A stretch of 64,000 nt of DNA, from positions 2,751,491 to 2,815,490 of the forward strand of contig MU058418.1 of assembly GCA_013265495.1 (NCBI GenBank), in the 5' to 3' direction. Source of the DNA: Vicugna vicugna (taxonomy: Eukaryota). The notes under the pieces are model-generated. The model searched no databases. It saw only the letters and a program-made list of their open reading frames with translations, and was not told the DNA's origin. This document shows, in pieces, positions 12,304 through 25,400 of the stretch; position 1 is the first letter of the stretch, and the number at the start of each line of letters is the position of its first letter. Made by a program: the position numbers and the translations under genes.

Positions 12304-14055
12304 CTGCGAGGAGGCAAAGAATGAACCATAAACCTTGTCTTAAGAATTATTCCATCCAGTACAAGGTTTGGCCCTGAGGTTTCTTTCCTGTCAGCATTTC
12401 TCATGGGGTGAGAAGAATTCCTGTAAACAATCTGCCCATTAAATGTCAGGGTACAGGCAACAAGATCTTCATGGAGTTTAGACCATAGCGCAAAATCAGC
12501 CTGGAGTTGCCTTAGAACACACGACCGGTGAGTAGGTCTGCATTTGGCGGCAGATTTCTACTCATTCCTAAACCACTTGCCCTGTGAGCTGTCCCAGAAA
12601 CCTCCTGTGGAGCAGCCACTGGGAGGGCATGACCCACGGGCAATTTAGAACTCAGCTCTTACTGTTTACAAACTGGTTTTTAACTATAACCACGTGACAC
12701 AAAGTCTGAATACCCACAACTCGGCATCTTCTCTCCTGCTCCTCACTCTCACTGGAAATCAACTCCCCCCACCCTCACCCTCACCTCCCACTCCCCATCC
12801 ACTCCTGTCCTGAAACCCCACCCTCTGAGAGCAGGCTTTCCAGATAAGGAGGCTACAGTCCTTCGTGGACTGGAGTTCTGATTCTGTAATCTGGGGAGCA
12901 ACCCAAGGTCTCCTCGCCTCAACTCCCTCATCTGTACCCAGCCAGGTGAATTCTTTATTGGCTCCTGTGGGTAGTAAATAAGGAGACCCACTGAGGTTGT
13001 CTCATAAAGGGGGATTCTTCTGGAAGTCTATATGGAAATGCAGGAGATAGATGTCCAGGATCCTAGGCTGGGTATCCTGAGACTGACCACCCCCATCAGA
13101 GGGCTCAGTGTCCTCCCCTCACCTCGCCTCTGAGCAGCAGGAATGCACTGAACCCTGTCCACTGTCAGCTTCCCCTTTCCCTGTTGTTTCCCTGCTTGTC
13201 TTTCCATTTCCGGTTCCCACTCTGTCTAACTTTCCCTAACAGGTGTCAGATGGAAACTCCAGAGAGAGAAAATGCAATTGATTCAGCTGGTCATCACCTT
13301 CCCTCTTGAACAAAGCTCTAGCACCAGGCCAGCTTATTGGGCTGAGCCGGCCTGTAAATCTGCCTGTGGCACAGTTGCTCTTCCCTGTCCAATTAGCAGC
13401 AGCCAGGGCATCGGGTCTCGTGGTACAAATTATGGCCACCTGCACATAAAATTCGCCTTTCCCTCAGGAGGGGGTGGGGCCGTTCCCACAGCTGCTAGCA
13501 GGGCAAATGTGGTGCGGCTCGGCCGTCAGTGCCCTCTTCGGGCTCTGAAGGTCCCTGAAACTAAGGTACGTTAAAGTCCTCCACTGTGGTTTAGTGTGTG
13601 TTATTTCTGTTTCTCAAGCAGCATACTCATTTCCTCAGCCATGAGTTTATCTGATTGCTGCCCAGCGGGCTGGCCAGCTGAGAAGGACCAGGATGGCCAG
13701 GGCAGAGGGAAGAGAAGGGGAGGGTCCAGGGCAGGGGGCAGACCAGCTGAGGGAGGTAAGCTTGAGGACCGTAGCCTGTACCTGTACCCCAGAGGTAGAA
13801 GGAAGCCACCTATCCCCTTACCGGCTTTCCTATTCCACAATGGCCTCTCTTTTCCAACAACTTTCTCAAAATAGCTCTAATAAATTGAGGGAGAAAGAAA
13901 CCTGTGGCCGAGCATATCCAGCTCCAGGGAGAAAAGTGACCTAGCAAGGTGGGTGCATTCTGCCCAGTGACCTGTGAATCACTGTCCCCTGATCCCACTA
14001 AGACACATCCCCAAGCCCCAGAACGACCCCTGAACCAAAAGCAGGATTCAAGTAC

Positions 14056-14150
14056 CTGTCTCTGAAAAAGCAGCCTGGGAACCCACAGAAGGCTCTGGCA
14101 CCAACACTTGTTTTGCCAGTGAGCGGTTGGTCTAGTGCCCTGAGAGACAG
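14056..14150 (-). other. DDO: DDO exon 1 (5' UTR; 5' end approximate)
   Basis: Minus strand ...TGGTGCCAGAG...CTGCTTTTTCAGAGACAG|gtactt resembles human DDO exon 1 as recalled and ends in a GT donor. Confidence 0.8.
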
Positions 14151-14163
14151 GAAAAGTGAAACT
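14151..14163 (+). promoter_or_regulatory. IRF-E/ISRE-like element at the putative DDO transcription start
   Basis: GAAAAGTGAAACT matches the IRF-E consensus G(A)AAA(G/C)(T/C)GAAA(G/C)(T/C). Function is untested. Confidence 0.45.
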
Positions 14164-14749
14164 GCTTCCCATTGGGGAATTTGTTAAGGACATTCCCTCT
14201 AATCTTACCCTCCATTGGCCCACACGCCTGTGTCTGTCACTTATTTCCCAGGAGAAAGAAGTGCTTGAGCTCATCTTGTAAGCTCCGTGGAGCTGCAGCT
14301 CTGCCAAGCCCCTGGGAGCTGATCACTCTTCTCTTTCTAGTTTATACACCCCTCGGTCTTGCTATAAATCTGGGGCTTCTCCAGCTGATTTTTAGGCGTA
14401 GTAAGTAAGGGGTGACCCTGTCCAACTTCCAGCAAGTTCTGACCAGAAGCAGACACCAGTTTCCTCATTTGGCTGCCCAGAGTTAGCTGCCGTCTCTCGT
14501 TGGTGCCTGGCTCTGCAGGGTCAGCTGGTCGGGGTGGGAGTAGGGGGTGGGTGAGGGCAGAATAATGTTGTTGATCACTAAGCTGATGACCTGATTGCAG
14601 CTGGAAACATGATTCAGGAGATAATCTAGGATGAAAACCAATTGATTCTTTAGCCCACATATTCAAATATTTGCTGAGTGTGCACTGTGTATAGACACTT
14701 TACAGTCAACAAATTTGTTTACAGGGGAGCAGTTTGTTGTATCAAAATA

Positions 14750-15110
14750 ATGATAATATTGTAACTGGTATGTATTTAGCACTAACCGTGTGCTAGATAG
14801 GTACATGACACCATAAAACACAACCACCCTATGAGGTAGGTACTATTATTATTAGCCCCATTCTATAGATGAGTAAATCGAAGCTCCAAGAGACTAAGAA
14901 TGTGCCCAAGGTTTCTTAAGTGGCAGAGCCCCATTTGAGTGTCAGATTCCAAGGCTCAGTTTCTAAACTAAAGCATGTACTTTGGTGTTAGGAGACCTTG
15001 AGGAAGTCACCTTACTTCTGAGTTTCAGTTTCCCCATTTGAAAATTGGGAATGAACTAAATTTTTGTAAGCATCTGCTGGATTAAGAGATGTAAAATTCT
15101 TTGTAAGGTG
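14750..15110. mobile_element. Two MIR fragments in opposite orientation
   Basis: ccctatgaggtaggtactattattattagccccattctatagatgag, then tcagtttccccatttgaaaattggga. Confidence 0.75.
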
Positions 15111-17464
15111 ATATATATATAAATATTTTTATTGAGCATCTACTATATAATCAATCAACAAACATTTACAGAGCAGTCACTCTGTCCAAGGCATGCTCCA
15201 AGGGCTATGAGAGAATTAAGGATTTCTAAAATGTTGTTTCCTCCCTCGAGAAAGGAAACAAGGCAGAATAAGACAGCCCTCAAATAAGCAGCACTAACTT
15301 AGCTGCTGTGAGAGCTCAGGAGAGAGGAGCAGGGTGGACCCAAGTGGCCAGTCCAGGAGAGAAGATGGGAAATAAGAAAGGCTCCAAAGAATCAGTGAGA
15401 TCTGGATGGACAAGGAAGAGAAGGGAGGGAAATATCAGGAGGGAGGATGGTGTGAGCAAAACTGCAGGAAGTTCAAAGAGAGCTGAGGAAACAGTGGACA
15501 GCTACATGGGGGTTTGTGTGAGAGCAGAGTGCATAAGTGCCAGAAATCTGGCTACCATGGAGGGCTGGACTTGAAAAGTCCTGGGAGCCATGGAAGACAT
15601 CTGAGAGGGCACCTTCTTCTTCCTGCCCAGGTCAAGACTCTACTTTCCTTGGAAAGCAAGAAGAGGAGCAAATGTTTAGAAATGAAACCAAGAAAGCGGT
15701 GTGTGTATACAGCTAATGGGTCTTTTACTTTATTGCTCCACAGAACTTCAGCGAGTCACTTAAATGAGGGGTTGCTTAGAAAACTGACAGGAAAGCTGGT
15801 GTAGGTGTCATGAGGTTTGAGAGTTAACAGGGGCCTCAGGGACCATCTAGGCAGGGTCATGTGTTAACCACTGTATGGGCGAGTGGCTGATATCCAAGAG
15901 TTGATGTGAACTCCCGAGACTGCAGGCGGGCGCAGCTTCACACTCCTTCCCCACAGTTTTCCAGAAACTTTGTACCCTGGGCTCTGAACATCTCCAGACC
16001 CTCACCTGTGTGGTGTGTTGAGGGCCTCCCTGCCCACAGCCCCTCCTGCACTGTTCTTTGTGGGTGTCAGTGGCTCATGAGGTGTTAGCCTGGCTGGTGT
16101 GTCAGTCTGCCAGTATATAAAGGGTCTCAAGCCGATGGAACTTGACTTCTTCAGTTGTATATGGCTAACAGGTTGGGGCAGGGAAGCCAGGAATGGGTGA
16201 GTTTGGGAAGACTCAATTCTCTGATATTGACTTGGCCCTGACTCAGGACACAGAAGTAGGGCAGACCCTATAATTGATCCCTTTCTTCCTTGTAAAATAA
16301 GAGTTTCAAGACTTACTTGTTGGAACATCCAAGAAAATCTTAAATGATGCAGATATAGTATCTCATTTTCTCAGTGCTGGGAGGGACATTTCATTACAAT
16401 CCTGAATTTTCAGATGAGAAGACTGAGGTGAAGAGAGGTTAATTTGCCCAAGTGAGAAGGCTGACAGCAGGCTTTTTTTTTTTTAATCCACATGCCACCA
16501 ATGCCTCTCATAGCTCATTGCCTGTTGAGGTCAAGTTGATGCATGGACCACAGTTAAATTGGTAACAAGATCACCTGCCTGAAGTTTATGTGGCTTGTTC
16601 TCTGAGCTTTCCAATGCTGTGGTAAAGTACTGCTTGAAAATTTACAAGCAGAGACAGACCTGATGTCCTCTGTATGACTAGGTTCCAACTATTATAGATA
16701 TACAACATCACTTTTTTTCAATTATAAAATCAGAAAGCTGTTCATATCAAGAAATGCTACAGGAACAAAGTACTTTTGGCTTCCTGTATGACTAATATTT
16801 GTGAATTGTTATGCTGTAAAGCCCAAGTTTTCTCCCAATAAAGTGGGCTTTTTTTCCTTTTGAGTTAAAAAAAAATTTTTATCAAGGTTGCTGGGTATAA
16901 GAGCAACATACAAAAATCAATCACCTTCCTTTATGACAAGAATAAACAGTAGGAAATATATTAGAAACTTAACGTTTCTAATTATAATAAAAATACATGC
17001 CTGGGAATACATACAACAAGTTGTGCATGATTTATGGAGAAAATTACACTTCACTGAAAGACATTAAAGATGACCCAGATAAATGGAGAGAGAACCCACA
17101 ATAATGGTTAGAAGAGTCAATACCAGGAACGGGGTAAATTTTCCCTAAATTAATCTATAAATTCAACTCCGTTCACGTTGAAATCACGGCAGGTAGTTTC
17201 AGTAGCATTGCGGGGGAGTGTGGGTTCCTGAGTTTCTGGTCGGCAGCAGAAATGGGATTTCCACATTAGCAGTGGAAGTGTAGCACTGGGGGCTCCCAGC
17301 CCAGGGATGGCAGTGGCTTCCTAATGTCTTCTCCATTTTGTTCCCCTAGTCCTTCCTACACTTTTGTAACTAATTTCCTGCATTAAATTCCTCCTTGCTA
17401 GAAACATCTGAGAGGTTTCTGTTTTGCTGACCAGACATTTAGTGATACAGAAACACACACATGG

Positions 17465-17810
17465 ATATTAGGGACTGAATGTTTGTAGAATTCAAAGAGC
17501 TGATGAGAATGGAGCCCTCACGATGGGATTATAGTGCCCTTATAAGAAGAGACAACAGAGCACTCCCTCTCTCCCTTCCCACTTCCCCACCCCTGGTACA
17601 TGAGCACAAAGGTCATATGAGCACACAGCCAGCCAGCCAGATGGCGGTGGCCTACAAGCCAAGAGAAGAGGCCGCAGAGTGAAATCTACCTTGCCAGGAC
17701 CTTGACCTTGGACTTCCAGCCTCCAGAACTGTGAGAAATAAATTTCTGTTGTTGTTTAAGTCACCCAGTCTGTGGTATTTTGTTATGACACCCTAGCAAA
17801 CTAATCCAGA
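17465..17810 (+). mobile_element. MLT1A-like MaLR LTR
   Basis: gggattatagtgcccttataagaagagac...ttggacttccagcctccagaactgtgagaaataaatttctgttg. Confidence 0.85.
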
Positions 17811-19082
17811 ACACAGAAAGTCAAGAAAATATCAAATATTAACTAAGATGGAAATTCTAAATGACAGTAGAAAAACAGACTGAGGATGAAGGAAAAAAAG
17901 AAAGACAAAATAAGAGATGAAAGAATGAAGAAATGTCTTCCTCCTTTCTTCTCATATCCTCCTATTTGTTTCATTTTGTTATAAAAGGAGAAAGGTTTTT
18001 GTTTTAATTTTTATTTTACAAGTGGAAAGGCCGAGTGAAGAACTGAGCAATTATCCAGGGAACTGAATTAATATAAAAAGTCTAAATAATTCAGGCTCAA
18101 ATCCTCTTTTTTTCCCCCTAGCAATGCTTTTTAAATGACAGTATTTCTATAACTGTCTTAATCTTTCTTTTACTTGCCTCTCCAGATAATACTAATGCTT
18201 CATCAATTCTAATATACCAGACATAAAATATATCTAACAGCTAAATTTCAAGAGCAAAGAAAAAAAATAATGAACTCCTGATGAAACCCAAGTAAAGAAA
18301 AAAACCCAAACCTATGGAGAACTTATGTGGAATGCACACGCCTCTCACAGATAAGGCTATGCTATAATTTTGCAGTTGAAATGTTCAGGATCTTAAACTG
18401 TATTTGCAAAATATGATTTTAAGTGAAGTTGAGGAAACAAAATTTATTACTTAAAAAAAGTAAAATCTTCCTATAAATTACTTTTTTAAAGGCAAGAATA
18501 CTTAATTTTGTATTTTTTTTTTTACATTGGCAACAGATACAGATGGTACTTAAAGTCAATTTCCTGGAAATGCCATAGCTTCTATGTAATGGGAAGGGGA
18601 CTCATGGAGAGAATTTGGTAAATTTAGGAAAAATAGAATGTCAGACTAGAAAACTCACTCCAGGCATCTAGCTGATACATGTCCTTTAACTGGACCAAAC
18701 ACAAGCGCATCTGTCTGCATATTCAAGCCCTCTTCCCTCAGGGTGTTGGAAAGCAAGACATCTTTTTTTGCAGTTATTGTTTTTATGGTTACACTATGAA
18801 GATAAATGGTTTTTGACGAAGCATTCTGCATAAGACTTGAATTTAGAGTTATGATTCTAAGAGGGGAAGGACTATCAATAATAGAACTGTCAAGGGGCTC
18901 TGCCTCACATGCCCCACTCCTTCTAGTTGACAGGCCCAGTGGAGGGGGGCACCCTGGTACTGATGGGAGTATGCGACATTCCCTCAGGCCCACAAGAATC
19001 AACAACACAGAAGAACAAACACAGAGAAACATTTTCTGGCAATGAGAAAGCAGTGTAGAAAATGAGAATTCTCATCTTTGTT

Positions 19083-19088
19083 TTTATT
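19083..19088 (-). terminator. SLC22A16: Probable SLC22A16 polyadenylation signal AATAAA
   Basis: AATAAA ~150 nt after the stop codon, followed on the minus strand by U- and GU-rich sequence (tttctctgtgtttgttcttctgtgttg). Confidence 0.6.
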
Positions 19089-19238
19089 TTCTTCTACTTT
19101 TACAAAACATTTTAAAACTTTCTTACAAAAGTTTTAACAAGACACATATATAACATGACATATAAGAGATGAGACTAATGTTCCTCTAATACAAAGGCAT
19201 TACATGGTATTTCAGGTGCTGGAGGGCACCTGGCACAT

Positions 19239-19436
19239 TTATTTATTAGGACCAGAATCCCCAGGGCTAATCACTGCGGTGTTTTCCAACTCGGTATTAT
19301 TGGTCGTAGGAAGTAATTTGCCTGAATTGCTCTCTTTTTCAGTCTCCTCCCAAGCAGTTGTCAGAGGCTTCCCAAGGGTTTCTGGAAGCGTGAATGTTAG
19401 TAATCCACTCACGAAGGCCAAAGACCCAACAACCAA
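19239..19436 (-). CDS. SLC22A16: SLC22A16 exon 8 coding part
   Basis: ttctttctag|TTG acceptor; LVVGSLAFVSGLLTFTLPETLGKPL...SGPNK then TAA. Confidence 0.95.
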   Translation of the reverse strand: MVVGSLAFVSGLLTFTLPETLGKPLTTAWEETEKESNSGKLLPTTNNTELENTAVISPGDSGPNK

Positions 19437-22400
19437 CTAGAAAGAATTAAAAATTAATTAAATAAATACACATCAAGGAAGAATTGTACCCTTCAGAGAA
19501 TTATCATTTCTTAACCTTTTCCAGAGGGCAACAGAATTAAATTGGACAATGACAGCTGTCATTTTGATTCCTCAGCGAGATCTTTTTGGTTACTTACATT
19601 CGACTGGGGGTGGTCCTTGAATTCACAGGCTTAATCTGATCACTCATTAACCATAATCTGATAATTAATCTGATCACTCATAATGTGGATCACCTACTCA
19701 ACAAATCCCAGTTACTGCCTGCATTATTACTCATGCAGGCACTGCCCTAGGAGCTACACAGTGGGGGAAAAAGTCCCTGTCCCATCTTCCCAGACTCTAG
19801 AGTCTCGTGGGGAAAACCAGAGCCTTGGGTGGGGACTTGATGGTCGGAACCATCTTAGTCAATCCTCTCCCTTCCCCAGTAATTGACACGCTATCAGCGT
19901 TCGGTAAGTGGTGGGGAATGAATGGATGAATGCATGCATGCACAAATGAACGCTTCAATAAACCAAAACCTACAGAATTTAGGGGAAAACAAAACAGAAG
20001 CAGTAGAAACCAATTGCTACTGTGCGGAAGGGAGGTGGGGAACGAGGTAGGGAAGGGTGGTTCCAAGTGATTTCCTATAAAAATTCAGTATTTCTTTACT
20101 TTCCAGGTTTTGACACATAAAAGGCAACCTTTTAGACTAGCACCAAGATGTTTGCTTTTAAAAATACAAATCATATTAAAGACTAAGGTCTGCATATCTA
20201 TTCTCTGTTGATCATTACGAAGATCTTGGGTGGATTTTGGAACTAAATCTCTCTATGGTTTGTAAAAATGCATTTTGTCCTCACATAATTTAAACTCCGT
20301 TAGCAAAAAAATACTGCCTGGGAAGAGCCTGTAAAAATAAATTAAGGCATGGTTTCTCTGATAAACCTGCATACTTGGTGTTTTACTGCCTCTGAGACAG
20401 CGCAACTGTGACGTGACGTGAGGCCACATCAGTAACAGGCATGACCTGGGAGGACAGCTCTTTATTTTGTTTTGCAGAACGCTGATAAGCTAACTCTTAG
20501 AAATACACGAGTAAGCCTAGAAGCAGCAGAATTGAAAGTGACATTGCAGAGGACATAGAAACCCCAGAAGAGCCCCCTGTCAGGGTCTGAAAAACACTAA
20601 GTCTAAACAAGAAACAGAATCAAACAGAAGATGCAAGACAGGACTCGATTTCCCTCTTGAACCTGGTAGTAAGAGCTGTCAAGAACTAAGCAAACTCAGA
20701 ACCCTGCAGCTCCCTTCTCACTCCAAGCAGAAAACCTGACCTCCCACCGCCCCTGGCCAGCTCCCGCAACCCTGACAAACACCCCAACAACCCCCTCCAC
20801 CCCACCTCTCCGCCCCCTGGCCAGGAGGAGCCTTTGTGGCCTCTCACCATTAGCAGACCCCCCTCCTTTCTCACAAATTTCTCATCTCTGCCTTTCCATA
20901 GGCTAGTTTCCCTTGGTAAAAATAAAAGTTCTTGAGCCTCTTATAATCTCCCTACTCACTCTGCCCAGAACTTGTGCTTGCTCCCTGTGTGGCTTAACTT
21001 GTCTGCTCCTCAGTCTCCTTATCCGTAAAATGGAAATAATAATAGTACCTGCCCCCAAAGAACTGCTGAAAGGATTAAATTAAATAACACATTTAAGGCA
21101 TTGAAAACAGTGGTGGGCTTATGGTAAGGAGTCAATAAATGTTGGCTGTCATGTCTACTCCGGTTATTTTTTGAAACAAACAGAAGAGGCCCTGTGCCTC
21201 AGCCCGCACCCACTCCGGCCCCGAGTGCCCCCTCCTCTCCACCGCTGTCACCGCTCTGCAGCATGGCCCACTCCCACCACCCTCCAGTCACAGATTCCCA
21301 GCTGCCAAACCAGAGGGATGCTTTCCTGTTTTACTCTTTCTTAGTAATTGTCCTGTCATCCCTTCCTCACCTCCTCTCCTCCTCTGGGTTCCTAGTCACC
21401 TCCCCATTTCCTTGGCTGCTGCGTCTCAGTCTCCGTCCCAGACCCCTCTTTCCATCAGACTGGAAATGCCACTGTTCCCGGGGTTCTGCTCTTCTGTCTC
21501 CCTCACTCTCCCCTAACCTCTTCATAAGCTGACTCCCAAATCGGCACCTCCAGTGTCCCCTGAGCCCCAGACCTGTAAAGGCATCTGCCTCCTGGACCCT
21601 CCCCTGGCTGTCACGCAGGCACCTCATACTCATCTTGCACAATTCGAGTGCACTTTTCTCTCCAGCCCCAGAACAGCCCTTGTCCCTCCAGCTGCCCCCT
21701 CCACTGCCCCTAACTTGCCACAGGTCCTGTGGATACGACTGTGTCTTCCATCCTGTCCTCTTGAGCCCACCTTTAGTCTGAATGTTCTTCTATTCTGATC
21801 TCCTTTGAAACCCCTGCCCCTCCTTCCACCCTTATCTTCTGACTCCCACAACCCACCCTGGGTATTAGCAATAATGCTTGCACACAAACTCAGACTAGCC
21901 ATGTTCCATTTCCCCTCTAAGTTTTAGCTTTTCTTTTCCTTCTGCCTGAAATTCCCTTCTCTCCTTCTCCATCTGACTGACTCTCCACCTGACTGGCCCC
22001 TCCAGACACAGATTAAAGGCTCCTCCTCCAGGAAACCTCCTCTCTGGCCCTAGCTTGGGTTGGTCACCCTCTCCTATAACCCCATAAACCCGCATTTCCC
22101 GATGGCAGCCCTCTTCTCTGGGGCCTTCCCCACCAGACTGGACCTCTCTCAGGACAAAGCCCGTTTCTTTCACCTCTACACCTTAGCACCTAGCACGGAG
22201 GCTACTTCAAAGTCAGCACTCAGTAAACCTTTGCCAGATGAGTTGATGAATACAAAGATGATATGAATTAGGTGTCCACTTTTTTTCTTAGATTATTAGA
22301 AAATAATGGCTGATAATAAAAGCCTCAGAACGAGTGATTTTCATATGCTGTTTTTCAAAAGAGAAAATATAAACTTTTATTCTAGATTAGTGTTTCTATT

Positions 22401-25400
22401 CCTCAAAATGAAAATACTGGCTCCCCAGGCTTAATAAATAAGTTTAATGAGAAGTTTGTTTTTCACTCATTAAGAATAATAAGCAACATTTGTTGTATCC
22501 AAAGGATGCACATTCACAGAATTCTTTTGCAAATATACACAAGACCCCACTGACACAGGTTGTCCTGGGGAAGGCGGACCAGGGTCAGGGTGGAAAAGGA
22601 ACTTATTTCTCTGCATCTCCTTTAGGACTCTTTGTTTAACCTATGCAAAAGTCATGGTATCTAGGTCTGAACCCAAACTCTGTCACTTTTAAGGTGCTGC
22701 GTTAACCTTGCGGGAATAATTACCTTCTATCCATCAGTCTCTACATCTATAAAATGGGGATAGCAAATACAGTACCTGCAGACTCTGATGACTAATTTTT
22801 GTAAAGTACTTAAAATAGAGCTGTAATTTTAGTGATTTTGTAGCAGTTTGCTTTTATAGATTTATCTATCTTATTCTGGGTGGCAGCTTCTTTTTAAAAA
22901 ATCTTTTCCATTTTTATGGAAAGCACAAAGAAGATGCTTCAGGAAAGGTCCATGCCCTAAAAAGATTGGTGGACTCTCCAAAACCCCTTCCTATGCAGAC
23001 AAGACACCCCTCCCCGACCTCCAATTAAATGAACTTGACTAAGTGCTTTTTACTGGGACATGAGAGATCCACACTGAGCCAGTGATTCCCAAAGAGCAGA
23101 CGCACACCACCTGGGTGTGCAAGGTGATTTTTTTAAGGTAATCTCAAACAATTTGTTTTATTGTGGAATTTTGTTCGTGAATTTTAGGAAAACCTATAGC
23201 TAGTATAAGACCCACCATTTCACTGTTATTATTGATTGGGGCAAAGCTAAATTTTTTAAGCCACCCTATTTGATTTAAAATATTAAGTAAATTATAACAT
23301 GAATGGCCCACAAGGTGAAAGAAACACTTTGCTGGACCCAGTTGTGGGGACACAAAATCCCCTATCCTGCAAAAGTTCAATAGTTTAACTGGGGGACAAA
23401 GACATCCATGCCCTTAATACAGCCAGACTGTGATGGCAGGCTGTGGAAAGGGAACACACGGATGCTATGAGACCTGGGAGAGGAAAAGGTGGGTCACTGG
23501 ACATGGGTGGCTTCCTTGAAGAAGTGGGTTTTGCTCTGCATCTTAAAAGATATGTGGAGGCTGCCTTATCTAAACACCTGTAATGTATGGCCTCCTGTTA
23601 GTCTAGTCGTCCGGCAGAGGCAGTGCGGAGGGCCAACTGGGAGTGAGGCAAGTGGGGCCAGTTCTGGTCTCACCTCCCCAACTGTGTAAGTCATGGCCAC
23701 TAAAGCCAGAAAATCCTGGCAAGGCCACCATTCTCCACAAAGCCTGGGAAGACCCTGTGAGAGGAACTTCACGGAAACACTGGGAAGGAATCGCTGCCTT
23801 AGCTCATGTGACGGTTCTGGGAGCCCTTCAAGGCTCTAACCCAGGTGAGATCAAGCTTCTGAGGCAGTTTGAGTCCTAACAGTTCTTGGATTTATCTCTT
23901 AAAAAGAAAAAAAGAAAAAGGTCTATATCTGTCTTGTTTATCTGACTATCTATCTACCTACCTGTCATAAAATGTAAGTATTAAAAAGCATAAAATAAAT
24001 GCACAGTTTAAGAAATAATTATAAAGCAAACGCATCATGGTCTTGATCACCCACAACAAACACATCTTGCACCCCAGAAGCCTCCCCCTCCCTCCACCAC
24101 AGGAGAAGGTCCTGGGTTAGTCACTTAGCCTATCCATTTTCCTGGTTTTAACATCACTTTCATGGCTATAGAACGTTTGTATAAAACTGTTTCCATTCTC
24201 TTAAAAAAAAAAAAGATATATGGAAGTTTGGCTAGGGGATGGGGATGGTGGGAGGTGGGGGAGAAGCATTCTGTGTAGAGGGAGGTGCAGGCAGAGGAGG
24301 GGAGGGGCAGGCAATGAGCAAGAACAGGGTGGGGGAAACAGAACACAGAACAGAATAGGGAAGATGGGCAGGGGTCAATCTGGAGAGGACGAAGAGTATC
24401 AGGCAGAGTTGGGGTTTGTTCTGAAGGCGAGGGGCAGCTGGATCGGAGCTGTGGTTCGACAAAGTACTCTGCTGCGGTGGGGATGGGGGTGGCAGGGAGT
24501 GCGGGAGAGGACCCGGGAGGCTGAGGGTGACGAGGAATTGAACAGAAAGCAGGCAAGCTAGGACACTTTTGAGAGTGGAGAGGATTTGGTATCATGGACT
24601 GGGAGGAGACTGGGGAATATAAAGTGATACTAAAGTGTCAGGCTGGAGGCCACAGACTCCCACCCCAGAGTGGAGCAAAGAAGCGAACGTTTGTCACCAG
24701 CCAGCTGGGCTGGGGAGCAGGGAACTTGTAAGAAGCCCATGGGGCTAGCGGAAGCATGGGCCTGCCGTTTGGGAGAGAAGTCAAAACTCAGGAGAGGTTT
24801 TCCATGAAGGGATTGGGAAAGATGGCCAGGATGGTCTTGGAGAGTGAGTGTCTTTAAGGGGCATTTAGAAGAAAAGAGGAGCACTGGAGGAGACCGAGAG
24901 GACACCACCTAGAGAGAGCCATGGCCAAGAAGTTCAGGGGAAGGAACTTGGGGGAGGCAAGAGTGGCTAGCACATGAGGGCTCTCCCCTAAGTCACTGCA
25001 GCACCTCAGGCCACCTCTCACATCCCACACCATCCTCTCCTCCCTGCCCCCAAGCTTTCCGACCTCCCATCTTCCTCCTGACCAGAGGGTCGTACTAAAC
25101 CAGGTGTGTAGCTGTGCTCTGTGTGATCTCCCAACCTCTCAGCCCATCCACAAGGGAATCTGCAAACTGCACAGAACCACTCTCACTCTTCATAACCAGG
25201 AAAACAGCTCACGCTACCAGAGCCAGGAGGACGCATACAGGCAGCCTTGCCCATGAAGAGCCTCTCAAGTTTCAGAGAAGCTGAAAACCACAGATCCCTA
25301 AATCTCTCCATCAGGCACCACCGGATCCTTCCAGAAGGAGCAGCCCCCAGAACTGGCCTGGACCGGTGGGAACACAGAGGCAAGGGCTAGGCGCAGGAGG

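Noticed and set aside
13810..14307. 165-aa ORF spanning DDO exon 1
   Set aside because: It runs through the donor into intron 1 and shows no homology I can recognise.
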